From NCBI GenBank assembly GCA_002256025.1, contig NKIB01013826.1:1-50733 (forward strand): a stretch of DNA of 50,733 bases, written 5' to 3'. Below the pieces are notes generated by a model, which saw only the letters and a list, made by a program, of their open reading frames with translations, made no database searches and was not told the DNA's origin. This stretch comes from Asterionella formosa. Its lineage: Eukaryota. The translations under genes and the position numbers were made by a program. Below, one piece after another: positions 46,158 through 50,733 of this stretch. The number at the start of each line of letters is the position of its first letter. Positions within the stretch are counted from its first letter, which is position 1.

Positions 46158-47049
46158 AAGTTTGAAGGTGTTTAGGAGCTTTCAATGTGTGAATGCCTCC
46201 ATATTTCAAAGCTAGTAGAAAGCAATCAACTTCCTATTTTACAAAACTGCTCAAAAAGTGTTGGTGGTGATAACCAAGTATTTCAGATTCCAAAGTACCT
46301 CCGTTTATTTTGCCCCATCCAAGTAGCATTTTTACAAAAAAATGTGGATTCGGGGCATCAAACAGCTTGAGTGAGTGGAATGCTGCTAGGGTATTAGGCA
46401 CTACCTACATTGTATTTATTGATGAAGGATGTATGTTGCAATAGATTTGAGTCAATGCATCATAAATGCTACTCACAAGATCTGCAATTGCAGACGATTC
46501 CATGCCCATGAAGTCAGACTAAACAATGAAAATATGAGGGCTACTTACTCCACAGTATGTTGACATGGGAGCATACCGGTACATGAATATACTGTGCCAG
46601 TATTGACAATTAAATCTACCCCAATACTACCATTTTTTGTCGTAGTGAAAGCTAGTGCACTAGTTAACTATCATTATGCACGTACAAAGCATGCACTGTG
46701 TGGGAGTGGGCGGTGCCACCGTTGCTTGGTACCAGATACAAGGTACCTCGTCTCACCAGGGGCGATGCGGTTACAATGCGTGAAGTACCCTGGTACCGGT
46801 ACCTGGTACTACGGTATGTTCCAGGTACCTGGTACCAGCACCTGGTGTTCCCGGATTTTGCTAGCTTCGTTGTGTGTAATGCTGATTCAACTGGTCTGGT
46901 GTTTATACCGGGTAAGAAGCAGGCAATGAAATGACAAGGTACAGTACATTGAAAATGAAATTTGAATTTAATGTAGTAAGTTTGTATGTTATTTTTTAGT
47001 AGTATACGCATTTATCTAGCTTAACACGGCCGGCTGTAGTTGTGGATGC

Positions 47050-48480
47050 CCACCACCACTGCAACCTTTCAACATTTGGTTGACAAGAATGTGAGTAACA
47101 ATCTTATCCTGACCATTTTTCTCATAGATTTAGTCCAGATACATGAGAAGTCTGCCTGTCGAAAAATCTCAAAAATATCTGTGCGGGATGACGCGAAAAC
47201 AAATTTTGACAATGGGCAAAGGTACTGTTGTTTCATGCCTTTCCAAGTACATTCACCCATCTTTGTGGGTCCGAAACCATCATGTGAGCATCTCAAAATA
47301 CTATCAACTTGAAAAATAGACATTTCGGCAGAGGGAGCTCAAGGAAATCAGAGGTAAGAATTCGATGGCCATTATGGTCACTGCTCCCAGGACTGTAGGT
47401 GAGCTGTATGCCCTTGAAAATCACTTCTAGATCATTTCCAATGGTGATCCAGACACCTTTTACTAGGCTGAAGGCGATTATTTACTTGAGGTGGCAGCAG
47501 AAGGTGAAGTGATGCATTCAGAGCTTCTCAAACTTGTAAAGTGTACTACTGGCGCAGTTCTTGACACTGACGATATTGCCATCCCAGGTAGATTTGTTGA
47601 TATTGGTGTTGACAATGCCCCAGCATCTGAAAAGGTTTTTTCATAATGAAGTTGCAAAAAATTTAGTGAAATATGTCAGGAATTTGCGACAGGAGCCAGT
47701 TGAATGGATCAAAGGCAGAGCATCCAATATATTCATCATTTCCAATTCATTTGAAGTCAACTGCCTTCCAGTTATTTCATTTAATCTTTCCTTCGGAGCT
47801 CTGGAATGATTCAATTATGTTTATCATTGATCAAAATGTTGATGGCAAACCTGTAACCACTCAGATGGATTGAAAAAATGGTGGAATGAGAATGGTGGAG
47901 GGTAAAGTGCGCGCAGATCATGAATAACAGAAAAAGATGACATTTACAGTGGTTTTCTACAACCTACTCTATAAGTTTTGGCATGCTGTTGACAATCATA
48001 ATGCAACGAGGCATTCCCCAATAAGTTTGGAAGTGGAATGAGCGACAAAATGGTGTTCAAATAGAGTGTCATAATTGCTGCTTTCAGTCATGGCAGAAGA
48101 TGCCATGCTTGCATATAAACAATTCTATAAGGAGGGAGGTTGATGGCATGCTCTGTTTTCGCAAGCTTGTTGCAGAGGCATTGGTATGTTGTCATTATTA
48201 CAACGAAGAAGACAAACAATCGCCTAAAAGGTCGTTAAGATTGACTAAAAAGGTTTAGCACATAGTTTTCCAGCTACCCAGAGGCAAGAAATTTTTCGGG
48301 ACAGAGGTTGTGGTTCTGACAGCTCCCGCCTCCAAAGTACATGTGTAGACTGGAAAATGATGACTTGGACATGTTGCGTATGGTCCATGGGTTTACTTCG
48401 ATGTGTTGATTGTTGTTTATATCATTCCATTCAAGCAGCATTGTTGATTTTTCATGTTGTGACTGACACACGACTAAATA
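47050..48480 (+). mobile_element. Heavily decayed piggyBac-like (DDE_Tnp_1_7) transposase
   Basis: Fragments HAVDNHNATRHSPISLEVE*ATKWCSNRV and MLCFRKLVAEAL, followed by a Cys-rich C-terminal segment (C..[C]...C..G..RCVDC..H), match the stramenopile piggyBac-like transposase pattern. Many stops and frameshifts. Termini not convincingly found. Confidence 0.6.
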
Positions 48481-49219
48481 TTAGTAGTTCAAATTCCGAT
48501 TCTTTGTCTTCAACATGTATAGCCCTTTTAATCAAGAGAAAATGTACTATCCAACGATGTATCAAAAGTTCGAGGAAAATAACCAGAAGGTTTTCAAATT
48601 GAGCCTCAAAGAGAGACTGAAATCAGCCTAATGAGCCGGAAAAAACCCGGGCACTTAGTAGATGCTGACGCAATTTGTATTCGAAACAGGCGAGGTGCTA
48701 TTCGGGAAATGGCAAACTATATTCGTACATACTAGGTCCTCTTGGGATAGAGTCTAACCACACTAGGTTTCACGATAATCGTACGACAAACAATTAACGA
48801 CACAATGGCCAGATGATTGTAACTCCTCCAGCCGTCGCTTTGAGACCGGAGAGAGCCGAATCAGACATTCTTCCTATTAAATACAAAGCAACATCCATTC
48901 GATTGAGTGATCTCGCCGGAATCTTGATACCTCCAAAGATTACTGACGACGGCAAACGACGACCACCGAAGAGCAATCCTCCTGGTAATTAACAACTACA
49001 GAGCAAGTAGGCAAAAGCCACTAACATAGCTATAAGTGCTTGATAGGATAAGTACTATAAAATGCATTGTATTAAATGCAGGTCTACATTCACAGCATGT
49101 CACTTGAATGTATGGAAACACCGCATTCGGACATGGCACGCTCATGTCGCCTTCGCGTGACGAAAAATTAACAGTGGATGATGCTCGCATAACGGTGGAA
49201 AACTATGTATGAATGTTTC

Positions 49220-50089
49220 TCACAAGATGTGGTGCTCCGACGCCGTGACGGCACTCGTAGTTGCCGCTTTCTTCGTGCCAAAGTCATACAGTGCAAAACT
49301 GGTGCTCAGAGCCATGAACAAGATGAAAATGCCTAGAGTGTGTGAAACCTTGCAGATGGAAGGAATCTTTCCGAAATTTGCAATCGGGAATCTATCTACC
49401 TTGTCCACCGCGTAGGAGCAACCAATGAATCCTTCCTTTTCTTGAATTCCCAGTAGCATTGTGAAAGCCATCATGTTGTACACAAATGGCCCCATATATT
49501 TGTGCAGAAGAAGGACTTTGGATTTGGATTCAGGTGACATGCCAGGCCAAGCGAATGCATAGGCTCCAAAGAGGAATTGGAGACTGTACAAGATAAAGAG
49601 TGAGATTCCAATCCAAGAATGCAAAGAGTACATGTTGGCGATAAAACCACTAACAGCGTCATTGTGACTCTTGAACACTGCCGCCAACGCAACAATCACG
49701 CAAATTAAGGCAACCGACCAACTCAAGCCGTGGACCAACTTTCGCAACGGTCGACTGCCACACCTAAGGCGAAAGGCTAGAGCTGCAACCGTCATGAAAC
49801 AAAATGCGGTGACCATCAGGAAGGGGTGCCAATTGAAGACCTGTCTTGCGGCTCCATCACTCCAGCTCAGACCTCCTAACTTTTTGATCCAGGAAATCAC
49901 CAAGCACATGGAAATGAAGGCAAAGAAGTGCGACATGACGATGGCCGTATTTTGAAGGCGAGCCAATCGATCTACGAATTTGACTGTAGAGTCAGTCGTA
50001 GTTGGGGACATTGTATTCATAGGAGTGCCACTGTAGCTAGTGGTAGTTGATGCAATGGCAGCAATTGTTTCTTCTTCCGTGTCGTTCAT
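49220..50089 (-). CDS. Cytochrome b561 family transmembrane ascorbate-dependent reductase (about 289 aa)
   Basis: Motifs FNWHPFLMV, KLVHG, AVFKSHN, NMYSLHSWIG, LHKYMG and GIQEK, with six hydrophobic helices and four heme-ligand His. The ORF is open to an upstream ATG at 50167, so the start is uncertain. Confidence 0.92.
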   Translation of the reverse strand: MNDTEEETIAAIASTTTSYSGTPMNTMSPTTTDSTVKFVDRLARLQNTAIVMSHFFAFISMCLVISWIKKLGGLSWSDGAARQVFNWHPFLMVTAFCFMTVAALAFRLRCGSRPLRKLVHGLSWSVALICVIVALAAVFKSHNDAVSGFIANMYSLHSWIGISLFILYSLQFLFGAYAFAWPGMSPESKSKVLLLHKYMGPFVYNMMAFTMLLGIQEKEGFIGCSYAVDKVDRFPIANFGKIPSICKVSHTLGIFILFMALSTSFALYDFGTKKAATTSAVTASEHHIL

Positions 50090-50414
50090 GTTAATACTCT
50101 TGTAATTGCTGCTATTTGATGTCCTTATTGCTCCACTGCGCATCTGCGTTCGTTTCCTCACTTGCATGCAGCCTACCTTTAGAAGGCAGTTTCTAAAGAA
50201 TCAAGCAATGACACAGTGTGCCCGATATGCACGGTACCACCTGGTATCTGGTATGCGAAATTCTTTCGAACATGTACCGGCATTACCGATATTCCGTAGA
50301 CACATGCATTATCGAGGGCCTTTCTTGAACAATCTAACACAACACACTATGTACCGGCGTTGTAGACATCAGATATACCGTATTGAAGAAGAATACCGGG
50401 TAAGTTAGAATATA

Positions 50415-50445
50415 GATAAGAACGACCCTAAGGGTCGTTCTTATC
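50415..50445. repeat. Perfect 31-bp palindrome (15-bp arms, 1-nt spacer)
   Basis: GATAAGAACGACCCT-A-AGGGTCGTTCTTATC. Confidence 0.9.
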
Positions 50446-50733
50446 ATTTTCGATTTGGTATCATTTTTTTTGAAAAAGTATCATGTAACGGCTACTGGAT
50501 TTAAACCGAAAAAATCCATTCTCCACAAAAATAAAAATGAAATTGTATCACCCAAAAAGTATCACGAAAATTCAACGGTTACGGGCTGGCTACAATCATG
50601 TGCATATCCCTCCAGGCTTCCCTCCAGACTATTTCGATAATTTTCCATTACTAAAACCATGTAGGAAAACTACGCGTATTATGTAGCAGTATGGAATATA
50701 TAGCTGACATACCTGCTTAATTCTTGATTTGCC

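Noticed and set aside
46594..47011. ORFs rich in VPGT/WY/YQ peptides, or a CRISPR-like array
   Set aside because: These are translations of the TACCWGGTA motif cluster. There are no regular repeat-spacer units, and the context is eukaryotic.
47021..48660. piggyBac termini (TTAACACGG at 47021, CCCGGGCACTTAG near 48646)
   Set aside because: The two ends are not inverted copies, and the right side lacks TTAA.

Overview
Eukaryotic nuclear DNA, most likely from a diatom (stramenopile). The evidence is compact genes with short GT-AG introns, a class-29-type myosin with a CBS/PB1/transmembrane tail, bipartite plastid-type presequences and diatom-like transposon relics. About 14 protein genes are supported: myosin 29, a 636-aa unknown protein, a PspA/IM30-like protein, prolyl oligopeptidase, a soluble adenylyl cyclase-like protein, NAA20, NPRL2, an acidic plastid-type protein, a RAD16-like SNF2 helicase, a TFIIA-gamma-like protein, a PPP4R2-like protein, CSL4, a DusA-like synthase and cytochrome b561. 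Decayed PIF/Harbinger, Ty1/copia and piggyBac-like elements lie between them. The most unusual non-coding structures are: (1) a nested stack at 14.6-16.3 kb, where a 305-nt GC-rich, hairpin-rich, A-tailed retroposed RNA with a 16-bp target-site duplication sits inside a TTAA-flanked Kolobok-type element, itself inside a MITE-related repeat; (2) a 175-bp foldback element carrying TTAGGG telomeric repeats; (3) a 90-bp MITE family; and (4) a pervasive intergenic TACC(W)GGTA motif. No rRNA, tRNA or CRISPR array was seen. All family assignments come from motif recognition by eye, with no database search.
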